Assembly (NCBI GenBank): GCA_003142375.1
Contig: PLME01000011.1
Span: 14,599 to 78,598, forward strand
Direction of reading: 5' to 3'
DNA from: Dehalococcoidia bacterium
Lineage (GTDB): Bacteria; Chloroflexota; Dehalococcoidia; GIF9; UBA5629
Length of the DNA: 64,000 nt
In this document: piece after piece, positions 48,871 to 59,885 of the stretch
Layout: each line of letters starts with the position of its first letter
Position numbering within the stretch: the stretch's first letter is position 1
Notes under the pieces: model-generated
Told to the model about the DNA's origin: nothing
The model's input: the letters and a program-made list of their open reading frames with translations, nothing else
The model's database searches: none
Position numbers and translations under genes: made by a program

Positions 48871-49143
48871 TTATACGGTTGCCTGCTTTGGTGAATCAGG
48901 TTCTTTGACGGTGGTGGTCTCTTTGGCTGTTTCGACGGTTTTAGGAGGAAGTTGGGCTTCAGATGTAGTTTTGCTGTCGGTCACATAAAAACCGGAACCC
49001 TTGAAAATGATCGGAACAGGTACGAAAAGGCGCCTGGCCTCGCACTTGCATTTCGGGCAATTAGCGACGCTGTCATCATTAAAGCCCTGCCTGAGCTCGA
49101 ATTTTGTATTGCATTTTGAGCAAACATATTGATAAATAGGCAT
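48871..49143 (-). CDS. FmdB-family zinc-ribbon protein (Ruc/Rv0991c-like)
   Basis: MPIYQYVCSKC...F...CPKC...IIFKGSGFYVTD followed by a disordered T/K/E-rich tail. Confidence 0.85.
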   Translation of the reverse strand: MPIYQYVCSKCNTKFELRQGFNDDSVANCPKCKCEARRLFVPVPIIFKGSGFYVTDSKTTSEAQLPPKTVETAKETTTVKEPDSPKQATV

Positions 49144-49180
49144 TAGTCCCTCGGCTGTCAATCTGTTTTATATTTAATAG

Positions 49181-49207
49181 TTAGCAATCACAGAGTCTGA
49201 TTGCTAA
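49181..49207. promoter_or_regulatory. CIRCE-like HrcA operator
   Basis: TTAGCAATC-N9-GATTGCTAA against the consensus TTAGCACTC-N9-GAGTGCTAA; the inverted repeat extends to 14 bp (49176-49212). Confidence 0.75.
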
Positions 49208-49213
49208 CTATTT

Positions 49214-49242
49214 ATTTTAAATATATCTGTCGGGTAAGTCAA
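49214..49242 (-). promoter_or_regulatory. Sigma70 promoter of the FmdB-family gene
   Basis: TTGACT-N17-TAAAAT immediately upstream of the CIRCE-like site. Confidence 0.65.
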
Positions 49243-49352
49243 GCATCAACGCAGCTCAATATCACTTCACAGCTATTATGCGCTGTGATATACTATGAAA
49301 TTGCCCGGTCAATTGGATTGTTTCTCACTCCAGTCGGGTAACCTCTAAACAG

Positions 49353-49427
<75 letters not shown>

Positions 49428-49609
49428 ACTCTACATAATATCCATGTTTTCTGCGATCAACGCGACTAATTGATTAATCAATTTAGTTTAGACCTTTGGC
49501 TCGCGCGATTAGCCCCGTCAGACTATTGTCTCATCCGTCCTGAATCCTTATATTGATGTCTACAGGTTGGGGGCCTTAAAAGACAGCAAGTATATAAAGT
49601 CCGAAGATA

Positions 49610-51745
49610 ATGAATATAATCTCTGTATTACATTTCAGCAGCTTCATTACCAATCTATTGCTTATCACATTAGTGCTGAGCAGGAAATCCGGAGCCCTGC
49701 TTAACCGCATTTGTGCCTTTTTAATAGCCACCTTCGCATTCTGGAGCCTGTTTTCCGGTCTATATACCATGGCCGGTACCAATGAGGAAGCTACGCTGCT
49801 TCTGAATATCAGTTCTTTCGGTTGGTGCGTAACGCCGGTTGCCAGTCTTTGGTTCTATCTTGCTTTAGCCAATAAAGACAGCCTATTGAAGAACAAGGCC
49901 TTAATCACCACTACCGCACTGGTTGCAGTTGCTTTTATATATGCGCAATGGTCAGGAAACATGATTTCCGAGAGTATTCAGGCCGGCTGGGGATGGACAG
50001 GCATCTGGAAACTATCGATAGCAGCCTATGCCTTTTATATTTACTATTTCGGAGCGTCCGGCGCCTGCATTTACTTAATAATCGATTTTGGACGAAAAGC
50101 TAAGACAAATCATCAGAAAAAACAGGCCAAATTACTGATCATCACAGGTGTCACCGCCCTGGCGCTGGCAACAATCACGGATGTTGTCTTTCGTGTTGCT
50201 GATATTAGGGCTGTCCCGGATGTAGCAGATATCTTTTTTATGATCTGGGGTATCGGGATTGTATATGCTGTATCCAAGTATGGCCTGATGAGCCTCACAC
50301 CGACGGTGGCCGCTGAAACCATATTAAGCACGATCAGCGATTCCATCATCTTACTGGATGCCAGTGCTCAAATCGTATTTACCAACCGGGCGACGACGAC
50401 ATTGCTTGAGTCCAAAGACGATGATCTACATGGAGCTAGCTTCAGTTCAGTGGTCAAGGATAAAAAGGCGGCCGGAGATTTGCTTCAGGAAACACTCACG
50501 GTCGGCAGCAGCATGGACCATGAACTTTCATATTTATCTAAAAACGGCAAAGCTATACCGGTTCTTGTCTCGACTTCAGTTGTTCACGATTCAGACAACA
50601 ATATAGTAGGGTACGTTATTTCAGCTAAGGACATCACCAGGCGTAAACAGTCAGCGGAATTGATCCTGCAGGAGAAAAATTTCTCCAACGCTGTGATCGA
50701 TAGCTTGCCGGGCTTGTTCTACATTATCAACAGGGACGGCAAATTTTTACGCTGGAGTCAGAATGATTTGAAGGTGACCGGTTACACAGATGAGGATGCA
50801 CCTAATCTGAATGTACTAGACATAATTGCGCCAGAAGATAGAGAGATGATATCAGCCAAAATGCTGGAAGTGTTCAATGGTGAGGCCGACACAGCAGAAA
50901 TCAATGTTCTGACTAAAACCGGGGAGAAGATTCCATACCATATCACAGGCAAGCGTGCCTCCATAGGAGATGAAACGTATTTGTTGGGCATGGGCATAGA
51001 TATTACCGACCGTAAAAAGGCTGAAGCCGCCCTGCAAATAACCATGGACGAACTGAGATATTCCAACGAAGAGCTGCAGCAATTCGCCTATATCGCTTCA
51101 CATGATCTACAGGAACCTTTACGTATGGTCTCAAGTTACGTACAGCTTCTGGAAAAACGCTATAAGGATAGTCTGGATGCGGACGCACATGATTTCATTA
51201 ATTTTGCAGTTGCCGGCGTTAAACGCATGCAAAGCCTGATAAATGACCTTCTACAGTATTCAAGGGTTGGCACACGCGGAAAACCCTTCGAAAATACACA
51301 GTGTCAAGATGTATATGATGCTGCTGTTACTAACCTCAAAATAGCTATAAAAGAAAGCGGGGCATCGGTTAGCCGTGGTAATCTCCCTCCAGTGTTTGGC
51401 GACAGCGGCCAACTAATCCAGGTCTTGCAAAATCTGATAGGAAACGCCATAAAATATCATAATGAAAAAAGCCCGGAGATTTTCGTAGGTGCCGAAAAGA
51501 AGAACGGCAACTGGGTATTTTCGGTAATAGACAATGGCATTGGTATAGATCCCAAATTCTTCGATCGTATATTTTTGATATTCCAGCGACTGCACGGCAA
51601 CGAATACCCCGGAACAGGCGTTGGGCTGTCAATTGCAAGAAAGATTGTGCAACGCCACGGCGGGCAGATATGGGTAGAGTCAAAGCCCGGCAAAGGCAGC
51701 ACTTTTTATTTCACTATTCCGTCGAGAAAAGAAGGAGGGAACTGA
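49610..51745 (+). CDS. Sensor histidine kinase (N-terminal 7TM, two PAS, Cph1-like HisKA/HATPase)
   Basis: About 7 TMs, PAS/PAC repeats, [35 protein letters not shown]. Confidence 0.92.
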   Translation: MNIISVLHFSSFITNLLLITLVLSRKSGALLNRICAFLIATFAFWSLFSGLYTMAGTNEEATLLLNISSFGWCVTPVASLWFYLALANKDSLLKNKALITTTALVAVAFIYAQWSGNMISESIQAGWGWTGIWKLSIAAYAFYIYYFGASGACIYLIIDFGRKAKTNHQKKQAKLLIITGVTALALATITDVVFRVADIRAVPDVADIFFMIWGIGIVYAVSKYGLMSLTPTVAAETILSTISDSIILLDASAQIVFTNRATTTLLESKDDDLHGASFSSVVKDKKAAGDLLQETLTVGSSMDHELSYLSKNGKAIPVLVSTSVVHDSDNNIVGYVISAKDITRRKQSAELILQEKNFSNAVIDSLPGLFYIINRDGKFLRWSQNDLKVTGYTDEDAPNLNVLDIIAPEDREMISAKMLEVFNGEADTAEINVLTKTGEKIPYHITGKRASIGDETYLLGMGIDITDRKKAEAALQITMDELRYSNEELQQFAYIASHDLQEPLRMVSSYVQLLEKRYKDSLDADAHDFINFAVAGVKRMQSLINDLLQYSRVGTRGKPFENTQCQDVYDAAVTNLKIAIKESGASVSRGNLPPVFGDSGQLIQVLQNLIGNAIKYHNEKSPEIFVGAEKKNGNWVFSVIDNGIGIDPKFFDRIFLIFQRLHGNEYPGTGVGLSIARKIVQRHGGQIWVESKPGKGSTFYFTIPSRKEGGN

Positions 51746-52197
51746 TGGCAACAGATATTGCTGGCAAACCGGTTGATGTGTTGCTGGTGGAAGACAACCC
51801 GGGGGATGTCCGGCTTACCCGTGAAGCGCTGAAAGATGCGAAATTGGCCATTAATCTGCATGTGGCCGGAGATGGCGTGGAAGCTATGGCTTTTCTAAGA
51901 CACGAGAGGGAATATGCTTCAAAACCTCGCCCTGATTTGATTTTGCTGGATTTAAATTTGCCGAAGAAGGACGGCAGGGAGGTGCTGGCGGATATAAAGA
52001 ATGACAGTGATTTAAGGCGTATCCCCGTGGTTATAGTCACAACATCCAAAGCGGAAGAGGATATTTTAAAGTCCTACGATCTTCATGCCAACTGCTATGT
52101 CACCAAGCCGCTGGACCTGGATCAGTTTATCACAGTAGTACACTCCATCGAACAATTCTGGTTAACTATTGTGAAATTGCCCGCGGATGGTAAATAA
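51745..52197 (+). CDS. Single-domain response regulator (Rcp1-like)
   Basis: [46 protein letters not shown] overlap with the kinase. Confidence 0.92.
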   Translation: MATDIAGKPVDVLLVEDNPGDVRLTREALKDAKLAINLHVAGDGVEAMAFLRHEREYASKPRPDLILLDLNLPKKDGREVLADIKNDSDLRRIPVVIVTTSKAEEDILKSYDLHANCYVTKPLDLDQFITVVHSIEQFWLTIVKLPADGK

Positions 52198-52218
52198 ACT
52201 GTAAATATTAGCGAGCCG

Positions 52219-54735
52219 ATGAACAATCATCCAATCAATATTTTGCTGGTAGAGGATAACCCAGCCGATGCCCGGCTAATCTTTGAGCTATTAAAAGATG
52301 GTTGGGGCGGTAGATATGAACTTGCGCATGTTGACCGGTTCGCTAAAGCAAAGGAACGCCTGCAAAAGGACATGGTCGATATAGTACTTCTTGACCTCAG
52401 CCTCCCTGACAGCCACGGTTTAGATACGATCACCGGGTTGAATGGCCATACCGATAAAATGCCTATCATCGTGCTTACAGGTTTGGACGACCAGGCACTG
52501 GCAGTCACGGCACTGCAGGCCGGAGCGCAGGACTACCTGGTAAAAGGCCAGGTGGACGGTGAGCTGTTATGGAGATCTATGCGCTATGCCATAGAACGCA
52601 AAAAGGCTGAGGTGGCGCAGAACGAAAGCGAGGAAAAGTACCGTTCTATACTGGAGGAAATGGGCGAAGATTACCACGAACTCGATTCCAGGGGCAACTT
52701 AACATTCTTCAATGATACGCTGTGCCGTCTGCTTGGATACACCAGGGGTGAACTCGACGGCATGAATTATAAGAAATATACGCCACAGGAGTCCTGGAAG
52801 GATATAGTTGCGACTCATTCTGAGGTTTTTCGCACAGGTAAACCGCGTTTTGCATATCCAATGGAGGAAATAAGAAAGGACGGCACCAGGATTTTTGTGG
52901 AAGAATCCATTTTCCCGCTGAGAAATAAAGAAGGTGTCATCACAGGTTTACGCGTCATAAGCAGGGATGTGACCCAACGTAAACGGTCCGAGGAAATGGT
53001 CCAGCGGACGCAGAAAGACCTGCAATTGATGGTTGACTCACTGCCGTTCGGTATCATCATCATTAATGCAGAAGACCGCAAAATTCGCCATGCCAATCAT
53101 ACGGCGCTTGAGATGGCAGGCTATAAATCAATGGAACAGCTTGCAGACATGGTATGTCACAAGACGCTGTGCATGGACCCCGAAGGACAATGCCCAATGC
53201 TGGATCTGGGTCAACAGATAGACAGATCTGAAAGAGTACTGGTGACCAGGACCGGTAAAAAGGTACCAATCCTGAAAACTGTAATCAGGCTGCGGATTGA
53301 TGACGAAGATGTGTTGCTTGAATCTTTTGTAAACATATCCCGGCAAAAAATAACAGAGACGGCGCTTAAGCATTCCAATGACTATCTGGAGAAACTTATT
53401 AATAATGGTAATGCACCCATCATGGTCTGGGACCCTGAATACCGCATAACCCGCTTTAACCGCGCCTTTGAATTTCTCACCGGGTATAGTGCTGACTATG
53501 CGCTGGGAAAGAAACTGGATATATTATTCCCCGCCGATAAACGCGATGAGTTGATGGAGCACATTAAACATGTCACTGACGGGGAGAGTGGGGAGAGGTG
53601 GGAATCACAGGAAATTCCCGTTTTATGTGCTGATGGCACTACACGCACAATTCTATGGAATGTTGCTTCGTTATATGCCGAAGATGGCGAGACGGTGATA
53701 TCTACCATTGCCCAGGGCCTGGATATCACCGAACGCTTAAAAGCCGAGAAAGAGATCCAAGAGCGTGAAAGATTATACCGTACACTCATCGAGACCTCTC
53801 CGGATGCCATCTGCCTGCTGGATTTAAATGCAAATATCATTATGCACAACAAACAGGTATTGGAAGTGTTCGGAATTAACCTGTCTGAGGATTTAAAGGG
53901 TAAGAATGTAATGGATCTGGTGATCCCGGGGCATCACGAAGATATGCTCTACAAAACCGAACTTATTACTAAGAATGGAAATATTAGAAACTTGGAGATG
54001 GAAAGCTATAAGATAAACGGGCAGCCGTTCTATATGGAGCTTAGCTCTTCCATACTTCTGGATGAGGAGCAGAAACCGAAATCAGTGCTAGTTGTTTTTA
54101 AAGATATAACCAGCCGTAAATCGGGTGAAGTTGAGCTCGCCAAAAGTTACGAAAAAGTGCGGAAAACACTCAACGACGCCATCAATACACTGGTCAAAGT
54201 CGTGGAAATGAGGGACCCGTATACTGCAGGCCATCAACAGCGGGTAGCCGCCCTGGCCATTGCCATAGCGAAGCAGTTGCAGTTTGATGAACAGCGTATA
54301 GAAGATCTGAGGATGGCGGCAATAATACACGATATCGGTAAGATATATGTTCCGGCGGACATGCTCAGCAAGCCCGGCAAATTAACCGACCTTGAATTTG
54401 AAATAATCAAAACACATGCCAAGGGCGGCTACGATATTGTAAAAAGCATGGATTTCCCCTGTAAAATTGCCCAGGCAATTCTACAGCATCATGAAAGGTT
54501 AAACGGCTCGGGATATCCGCACGGGCTAAAGGACGATGATATCATTTTCGAGGCCAGGATACTGGCTGTGGCGGACGTCGTCGAAGCTATGGCTTCCCAT
54601 CGTCCTTACAGGCCGGGAATGGGCATCGATAAGGCTCTGGATGAAATAAGGCAAAACGCAGGAAAAATATACGATCCTGAGGTAGCAGATGCCTGTATAA
54701 AGCTTTTCAGCGAAGAAGGGTTCAGGTTCGAGTAA
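52219..54735 (+). CDS. REC-PAS(x4)-HD-GYP cyclic-dinucleotide phosphodiesterase
   Basis: REC domain LLDLSLPDS, four PAS/PAC units, RDPYTAGHQ, HDIGK, HHERLNGSGYP, RPYR. Confidence 0.9.
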   Translation: MNNHPINILLVEDNPADARLIFELLKDGWGGRYELAHVDRFAKAKERLQKDMVDIVLLDLSLPDSHGLDTITGLNGHTDKMPIIVLTGLDDQALAVTALQAGAQDYLVKGQVDGELLWRSMRYAIERKKAEVAQNESEEKYRSILEEMGEDYHELDSRGNLTFFNDTLCRLLGYTRGELDGMNYKKYTPQESWKDIVATHSEVFRTGKPRFAYPMEEIRKDGTRIFVEESIFPLRNKEGVITGLRVISRDVTQRKRSEEMVQRTQKDLQLMVDSLPFGIIIINAEDRKIRHANHTALEMAGYKSMEQLADMVCHKTLCMDPEGQCPMLDLGQQIDRSERVLVTRTGKKVPILKTVIRLRIDDEDVLLESFVNISRQKITETALKHSNDYLEKLINNGNAPIMVWDPEYRITRFNRAFEFLTGYSADYALGKKLDILFPADKRDELMEHIKHVTDGESGERWESQEIPVLCADGTTRTILWNVASLYAEDGETVISTIAQGLDITERLKAEKEIQERERLYRTLIETSPDAICLLDLNANIIMHNKQVLEVFGINLSEDLKGKNVMDLVIPGHHEDMLYKTELITKNGNIRNLEMESYKINGQPFYMELSSSILLDEEQKPKSVLVVFKDITSRKSGEVELAKSYEKVRKTLNDAINTLVKVVEMRDPYTAGHQQRVAALAIAIAKQLQFDEQRIEDLRMAAIIHDIGKIYVPADMLSKPGKLTDLEFEIIKTHAKGGYDIVKSMDFPCKIAQAILQHHERLNGSGYPHGLKDDDIIFEARILAVADVVEAMASHRPYRPGMGIDKALDEIRQNAGKIYDPEVADACIKLFSEEGFRFE

Positions 54736-54756
54736 AGCCCTTATCTTATAGAATTA

Positions 54757-55674
54757 TTAGCGTTCTTTCAAAAAACTGAAGGCTGATTTTGCAGATGTAG
54801 CGCCGTCGCCTACGGCGGTGGCAACCTGACGGGCGGAGTTCCTTCGGACATCTCCAGCGCTAAATATGCCAGGCACGCTGGTACGCATTGATTCATCGGT
54901 AACAATATTGTTATTTTGGTCCATCTCAACTAAACCCATGAAGAGGGCGCTGTTGGGTATCAAACCTATGGCGACAAAGAGGCCATCGACTTGAAGGGCA
55001 GATTTCTCTCCGGATTTCACATTTTTCAAATTTATATGGCTGAGCTTATCCTGGCCTTCTAGGCTTTCAACAACTGAGTCCCATTTAAATTGAATTTTGG
55101 GAATAGAAAAGGCAAGCTTCTGGACAACACTGCTAGCCCGGAGCTGATCACGCCTGTGAATAATATAGACTTTGCCTGCATGCTGGCTAAGCTCCAGTGC
55201 ATCCGTAACAGCCGTGTCGCCTCCACCCACTACCGCCACATCTTTATTTTTGAAAAGAAACCCATCACAAGTAGCGCAGTACGATACACCCCGGCCTGTC
55301 AGTCTGGTCTCTCCATCAACGCCAATCTTACGGTAGTTTGACCCGGTGGCTATGATGACCGATATTGCGGTAATGAATCCGTCATCCATTGTAATTTCGA
55401 ATTTATCTGAGGCATGTTTAAATCCGGTAACTTCACCAACTGTGCTTGTTAGCCCGAAACGGGATGCCTGCTCGTACATCAGCCGGCCCAGCTCCATACC
55501 TGAAACGCCCTCGGGAAAACCAGGGTAATTTTCGACATATCCGGCATTCACAATTTGACCCCCAAACAAGCCTCGTTCGATAAGGATGGTACTAAGTCCA
55601 TATCTGGAAGCGTACAGACCGGCTGTGAGACCGGCGGGGCCTCCACCGATTATAGCCACTTCATATTCTTTCAT
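54757..55674 (-). CDS. trxB: Thioredoxin-disulfide reductase
   Basis: GGGPAGLTA, SYCATCDG, GGGDTA, AGDVR. Confidence 0.93.
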   Translation of the reverse strand: MKEYEVAIIGGGPAGLTAGLYASRYGLSTILIERGLFGGQIVNAGYVENYPGFPEGVSGMELGRLMYEQASRFGLTSTVGEVTGFKHASDKFEITMDDGFITAISVIIATGSNYRKIGVDGETRLTGRGVSYCATCDGFLFKNKDVAVVGGGDTAVTDALELSQHAGKVYIIHRRDQLRASSVVQKLAFSIPKIQFKWDSVVESLEGQDKLSHINLKNVKSGEKSALQVDGLFVAIGLIPNSALFMGLVEMDQNNNIVTDESMRTSVPGIFSAGDVRRNSARQVATAVGDGATSAKSAFSFLKER

Positions 55675-55707
55675 TACCCCTCCTTCAAAACACAAGACAT
55701 AATGTGT

Positions 55708-56673
55708 TTATTGGCGGCCGTGGTATTTAGTGTATTCTTCCTTTAAGTGCTTATTGGTGACGTGTGTATAGACTTGCGTAGTACGGATGCTTTCATGCCC
55801 CAGCATTTCCTGCACAGAGCGCAGGTCTGCGCCCGAAATCAGCAAATCTGTGGCAAAGGAATGTCTAAGGGTATGCGGGTGCGCATCGATGGGTAGACCG
55901 GCCTTTTTGGAGTATTTTTTAACTATGCGCTCAACCGAACGGGCGGTTAATCTCATTTTTTCACCGGCTTTATCGTTAATTTTTCGGCCCCCATATCTGA
56001 TGAATAGTGGCAAATAGCTATCTTTTCTCACGTCAAGGTAGCGTTTAATCCAGTCAGCGGCGATATCGGACAGGAAGACTACACGTATTTTATTGCCTTT
56101 GCCTCTGACCCCGAATTCTTTCCTGTCCAGATTAATCTGATCGCGGTTAAGCTTTACCAGTTCTGATACCCTCAAACCGGTGCTGAACAGGGTTTCCAGT
56201 ATGGTCCTGTCTCTTAACCCAGCGTCATCAGATATCTCGGGACTGGCCATTAAGCGGATCAATTGCTCATTGTTAAGAAAATTGACCATGCGCGGATTCG
56301 CCTTCGGAAGGTCGATTTTCTCGGGATTCAGGACGTCAATATCGCGTTTCACACCAAGATAGCGAAGAAAAGAGCGTAGAGCAACAATATGATAGGTCTG
56401 GGTATTTTTATTAAGCTGTTTGCCGTTCTTGGCCCGGAAAGAAGCTAGATAAATACGGAATCTTCTGACTGTATCCAAATTGATGGAAGAAGGGGAAAGG
56501 GGTAAAGAGTTTTCTTCAAGCCAGGTGATAAAACGGGATAAATAGTGCTTGTATTCCAAAATAGTTAACTGGGATAGGGATTTTTCAATGAGCATGTAAT
56601 CAAGGAAATCATCGGCAAGCAACTTTAGAGTTTGGATATTGATTGGATCAGCCATATTATTATTATAATTCAC
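55708..56673 (-). CDS. XerC/XerD-family tyrosine recombinase
   Basis: STGLRVSEL, GKGNK, HPHTLRHSFAT, LGH...TTQVYTH (R-K-H-R-H-Y catalytic set). Confidence 0.9.
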   Translation of the reverse strand: MNYNNNMADPINIQTLKLLADDFLDYMLIEKSLSQLTILEYKHYLSRFITWLEENSLPLSPSSINLDTVRRFRIYLASFRAKNGKQLNKNTQTYHIVALRSFLRYLGVKRDIDVLNPEKIDLPKANPRMVNFLNNEQLIRLMASPEISDDAGLRDRTILETLFSTGLRVSELVKLNRDQINLDRKEFGVRGKGNKIRVVFLSDIAADWIKRYLDVRKDSYLPLFIRYGGRKINDKAGEKMRLTARSVERIVKKYSKKAGLPIDAHPHTLRHSFATDLLISGADLRSVQEMLGHESIRTTQVYTHVTNKHLKEEYTKYHGRQ

Positions 56674-56738
56674 TGCTGCTAATGTCGCAAAAGTATCAAT
56701 TTACGACGTTGTTATTTTAGTTAGACGATTCTAGCCCA

Positions 56739-57860
56739 TTACAACAATTTCTGGACTTTCTCGAGCAGATCGGCCAGATTCCAGCCATTTTGAGCGGAAA
56801 TAACTACGGTGGCTTCCGGAGGAGATTTAATTGTTATAGTTAGATCAGCGGATTCCTCCATACTTTCTACCAGCAGGTCTATCTTATTGATCACGGTAAT
56901 CCTTGGTTTGGTATCCACCTTGAGCTGCCGAAGAATTTCCTCCACTGTTTGTGATTGGCTTACAGCATCAGGACTCGTTATGTCAACGATGTGTAGCAAT
57001 AGATCAGCTTGGTCAAGCTCTTCCAGGGTGGCATGAAAAGCCGCCACGATCAAGGGCGGCAATTTATGGATGAATCCTACGGTATCGGTCAATAAAATGT
57101 TTCTACCGTCCGGCAGATGCAACTTCCGCGTTACCGGGTCCAGCGTCGAAAACAGTTTGTTTTCCACTAATACATCAGATTTGCACAATGCATTTAATAG
57201 TGTGCTCTTACCTGCGTTTGTATACCCGACCAGTGCAACCAGGGGCGTATGGCTCTTTTCCCTTTTCCGTCGATAAAGATCACGGTGCTTCCTGACCGCT
57301 TCGATCTGTCTCTTTATGTTGCTTATGCGCTTCCTTATCAGTTGTCTATCGGTTTCTATCTGAGATTCGCCCGGCCCCCTGGTACCAATGCCCCCGCCCA
57401 GCCTTTCAAGGTGGCTCCATTGTCCTGCCAGCCTGGGCAGCAGATATTCGTGTTGCGCCAGCTCTACTTGGAGCTTACCTTCCTTAGTCCTGGCGCTGCG
57501 CGCAAATATATCCAGGATAAGCGCGGTTCTATCGATCACTTTAACGCCCAGGGCTTCTTCCAGGTTTCGCTGCTGCCTGGGTCGCAATTCATCATTGAAG
57601 ATAGCAGTGTCGTAGTTAAGGGTGGACTTTAAGTCCACTAGCTGTTGCAACCTTCCTGAGCCGATATAATGCGTCGAGGAAGGCTTTTCGAGCTTCTGGA
57701 TGACCCTGCCCACTACCCTTGAACCCGCCGTTTTGGCAAGTTGAGCGAGCTCTTCCATGGAACTGTCCAATTCCCATCCGTGCCGCAGATCGTGGGATCC
57801 TACCCCCACCAGCACAGATCGTTCTTGCTTTTCACCCGTGCTGATTATTTCTTTGGTCAT
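56739..57860 (-). CDS. hflX: GTPase HflX
   Basis: GTRGPGE, GYTNAGKST, DTVGF, NKID. Confidence 0.95.
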   Translation of the reverse strand: MTKEIISTGEKQERSVLVGVGSHDLRHGWELDSSMEELAQLAKTAGSRVVGRVIQKLEKPSSTHYIGSGRLQQLVDLKSTLNYDTAIFNDELRPRQQRNLEEALGVKVIDRTALILDIFARSARTKEGKLQVELAQHEYLLPRLAGQWSHLERLGGGIGTRGPGESQIETDRQLIRKRISNIKRQIEAVRKHRDLYRRKREKSHTPLVALVGYTNAGKSTLLNALCKSDVLVENKLFSTLDPVTRKLHLPDGRNILLTDTVGFIHKLPPLIVAAFHATLEELDQADLLLHIVDITSPDAVSQSQTVEEILRQLKVDTKPRITVINKIDLLVESMEESADLTITIKSPPEATVVISAQNGWNLADLLEKVQKLL

Positions 57861-57879
57861 ATGGAGTATCGATCCCGTG

Positions 57880-59043
57880 CTATTTCGCCCTGAGGGTAAG
57901 CAGACGCCTTATGCCTTCATTAAACCTATCATCAGGCTGGGTTATGGATAACCTTACGTAGCCTTCCCCCGATTTTCCATAGCCGGTCCCCGGCGTAACC
58001 GCCACACCTGCTTTGTCCAGCAATTCAGCCGTATATTGGGCCGAAGTGTACCCTGACGGTATCCTAGCCCAGATGTAGAAACTGGCCATTGGCTTAGTGA
58101 CCTTCAGGCCGATTTCCTCCAGGGCTTTGACCAGCTTATCCCGCCGCTGTTGATATTTTTGATTCCGTATAGGTATATCATCCTGCTTGCCTGTCAGGGC
58201 CTCAATGGCAGCAATCTGTATGGCCTGCGGTATTCCTGAATCAAGGTTCGACTTAAAACGGAATAAGGCATCAACCATTGTGTGGTTGCCGACTACCATG
58301 CCTATCCTCCAGCCGGTCATATTATAGGTCTTGGAAAGCGAGTGGAACTCAACCCCCACCTCTTTCGCTCCAGGCGTCTCGAGAAAGCTGTGAGGTCTGT
58401 AGCCATCGAAAGCAACTTCAGTGTAAGGAGCATCGTGACAGACGGCAATATCATTTTTCTTTGCGAAAGCAACTACCTTTTCAAAGAATTCTGGGCCCGC
58501 TACAGCGCCGGTCGGATTATTGGGGTAGCATAGCCAGATGACCCTGGCCTTTTTCAAAATGTCTGCGGGTATGACCTCCAGGTCCGGCAGAAAAGCCCTG
58601 CTTTCTACCAGTGGTAAATAGTAAACCTCGCCGCCGGCCAGCAAACTGCTGATAGAATACACCGGATAGCCCGGGTCGGGCACCAGTGCCACATCTCCGG
58701 GGTCCAGCAGGCAAAAAGACATATGCCCGACGCCTTCTTTGGAGCCGATAAGCGGTAAGACCTCTTTTGCCGGGTCCAGGACAACATTAAAACGCCTCCT
58801 GTACCAGCCAGCGATAGCCTGGCACAGCTCCGGCATACCGAATGTTTCCGGATAGCGGTGGTTGACGGGGTCATGTGCAGCGGCACAAAGGCTGCGAATA
58901 ATGTGTTCTGGTGTCGGGCTATCGGGGTCTCCGATAGCAAAACTAATGACATCTTCCCCGCGTGCCTTTTTTTCAGCTATTTTCCGGCTGATTTCAACAA
59001 ACAAATATGGAGGTATCTTATCCAAACGATTTGCGAGTTTCAT
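57880..59043 (-). CDS. dapL: LL-diaminopimelate aminotransferase
   Basis: PPYLF, IGSKEG, YPNNPTG, SLSKTYNMTGWR; adjacent to dapF. Confidence 0.88.
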   Translation of the reverse strand: MKLANRLDKIPPYLFVEISRKIAEKKARGEDVISFAIGDPDSPTPEHIIRSLCAAAHDPVNHRYPETFGMPELCQAIAGWYRRRFNVVLDPAKEVLPLIGSKEGVGHMSFCLLDPGDVALVPDPGYPVYSISSLLAGGEVYYLPLVESRAFLPDLEVIPADILKKARVIWLCYPNNPTGAVAGPEFFEKVVAFAKKNDIAVCHDAPYTEVAFDGYRPHSFLETPGAKEVGVEFHSLSKTYNMTGWRIGMVVGNHTMVDALFRFKSNLDSGIPQAIQIAAIEALTGKQDDIPIRNQKYQQRRDKLVKALEEIGLKVTKPMASFYIWARIPSGYTSAQYTAELLDKAGVAVTPGTGYGKSGEGYVRLSITQPDDRFNEGIRRLLTLRAK

Positions 59044-59885
59044 AGTTCAAAAACTCCCGAAAATACATCCTCAACGGGGCCTTCCAAGTATACGTCGCCT
59101 TTACCATCCCAGCTGATTATAAGTGTGCCCCCTGGTATCTTTATGTCAACTGTTTCTCCTGTTATATTCTTAAGCTTGCTTATAACTGCGACTGCGCAGG
59201 CGCCGCTGCCGCAGGCCAGGGTTTCACCTACTCCCCTTTCCCAAATTCTCACCTGCAGGCTTCTGCCGTCTACTATGTTAACGATTTCAAAATTGGTCCG
59301 CTGCGGAAATAAGCTATGATGCTCGACCAGGGGACCGACTGTTAACAATGGGAATTTATCCACACTGTCCTTGATAAAACAGACAGCGTGAGGATTACCC
59401 ATGGAGACGAAGGAAAGTTCGATATCCTGGCCGTCGACCTGTACGAGTTGATCGAGTATAGGGCCATCACCATTTATAGCAACTGGAATTTCCTTTCCCT
59501 TCAAAATAGGCTTCCCCATATTCACACGTGCCCGGATCACCTCGCCATGCTCCGATACGGTTTCGACCTTCTTTTTGCCAGCCGCCGTCTCTATTGTGAG
59601 ATCAGGTCCCTTCACCAACTTTCTATCAATAGCATATTTGGCAAAACAACGCAGGCCGTTACCGCATATTTGCGCCTCGGACCCGTCGGCATTAAATATA
59701 CGCATCTTAAGGTCGGCAACACTGGAATTATCAATGGTGATCAGGCCATCAGCACCTATCCCAAAATGATTTCTGCAAATATCGTTGGAGAGTTTGCTCC
59801 AATCCATATCCATGTTCCGCGCATCAACCATTATGAAATCGTTGCCTGTGCCCTGCATCTTCACAAATTCAAGCTTCTTACTCAT
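59040..59885 (-). CDS. dapF: Diaminopimelate epimerase
   Basis: GTGNDF, CGNGLRC, GNPH, ERGVGETLACGSG. Confidence 0.95.
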   Translation of the reverse strand: MSKKLEFVKMQGTGNDFIMVDARNMDMDWSKLSNDICRNHFGIGADGLITIDNSSVADLKMRIFNADGSEAQICGNGLRCFAKYAIDRKLVKGPDLTIETAAGKKKVETVSEHGEVIRARVNMGKPILKGKEIPVAINGDGPILDQLVQVDGQDIELSFVSMGNPHAVCFIKDSVDKFPLLTVGPLVEHHSLFPQRTNFEIVNIVDGRSLQVRIWERGVGETLACGSGACAVAVISKLKNITGETVDIKIPGGTLIISWDGKGDVYLEGPVEDVFSGVFEL

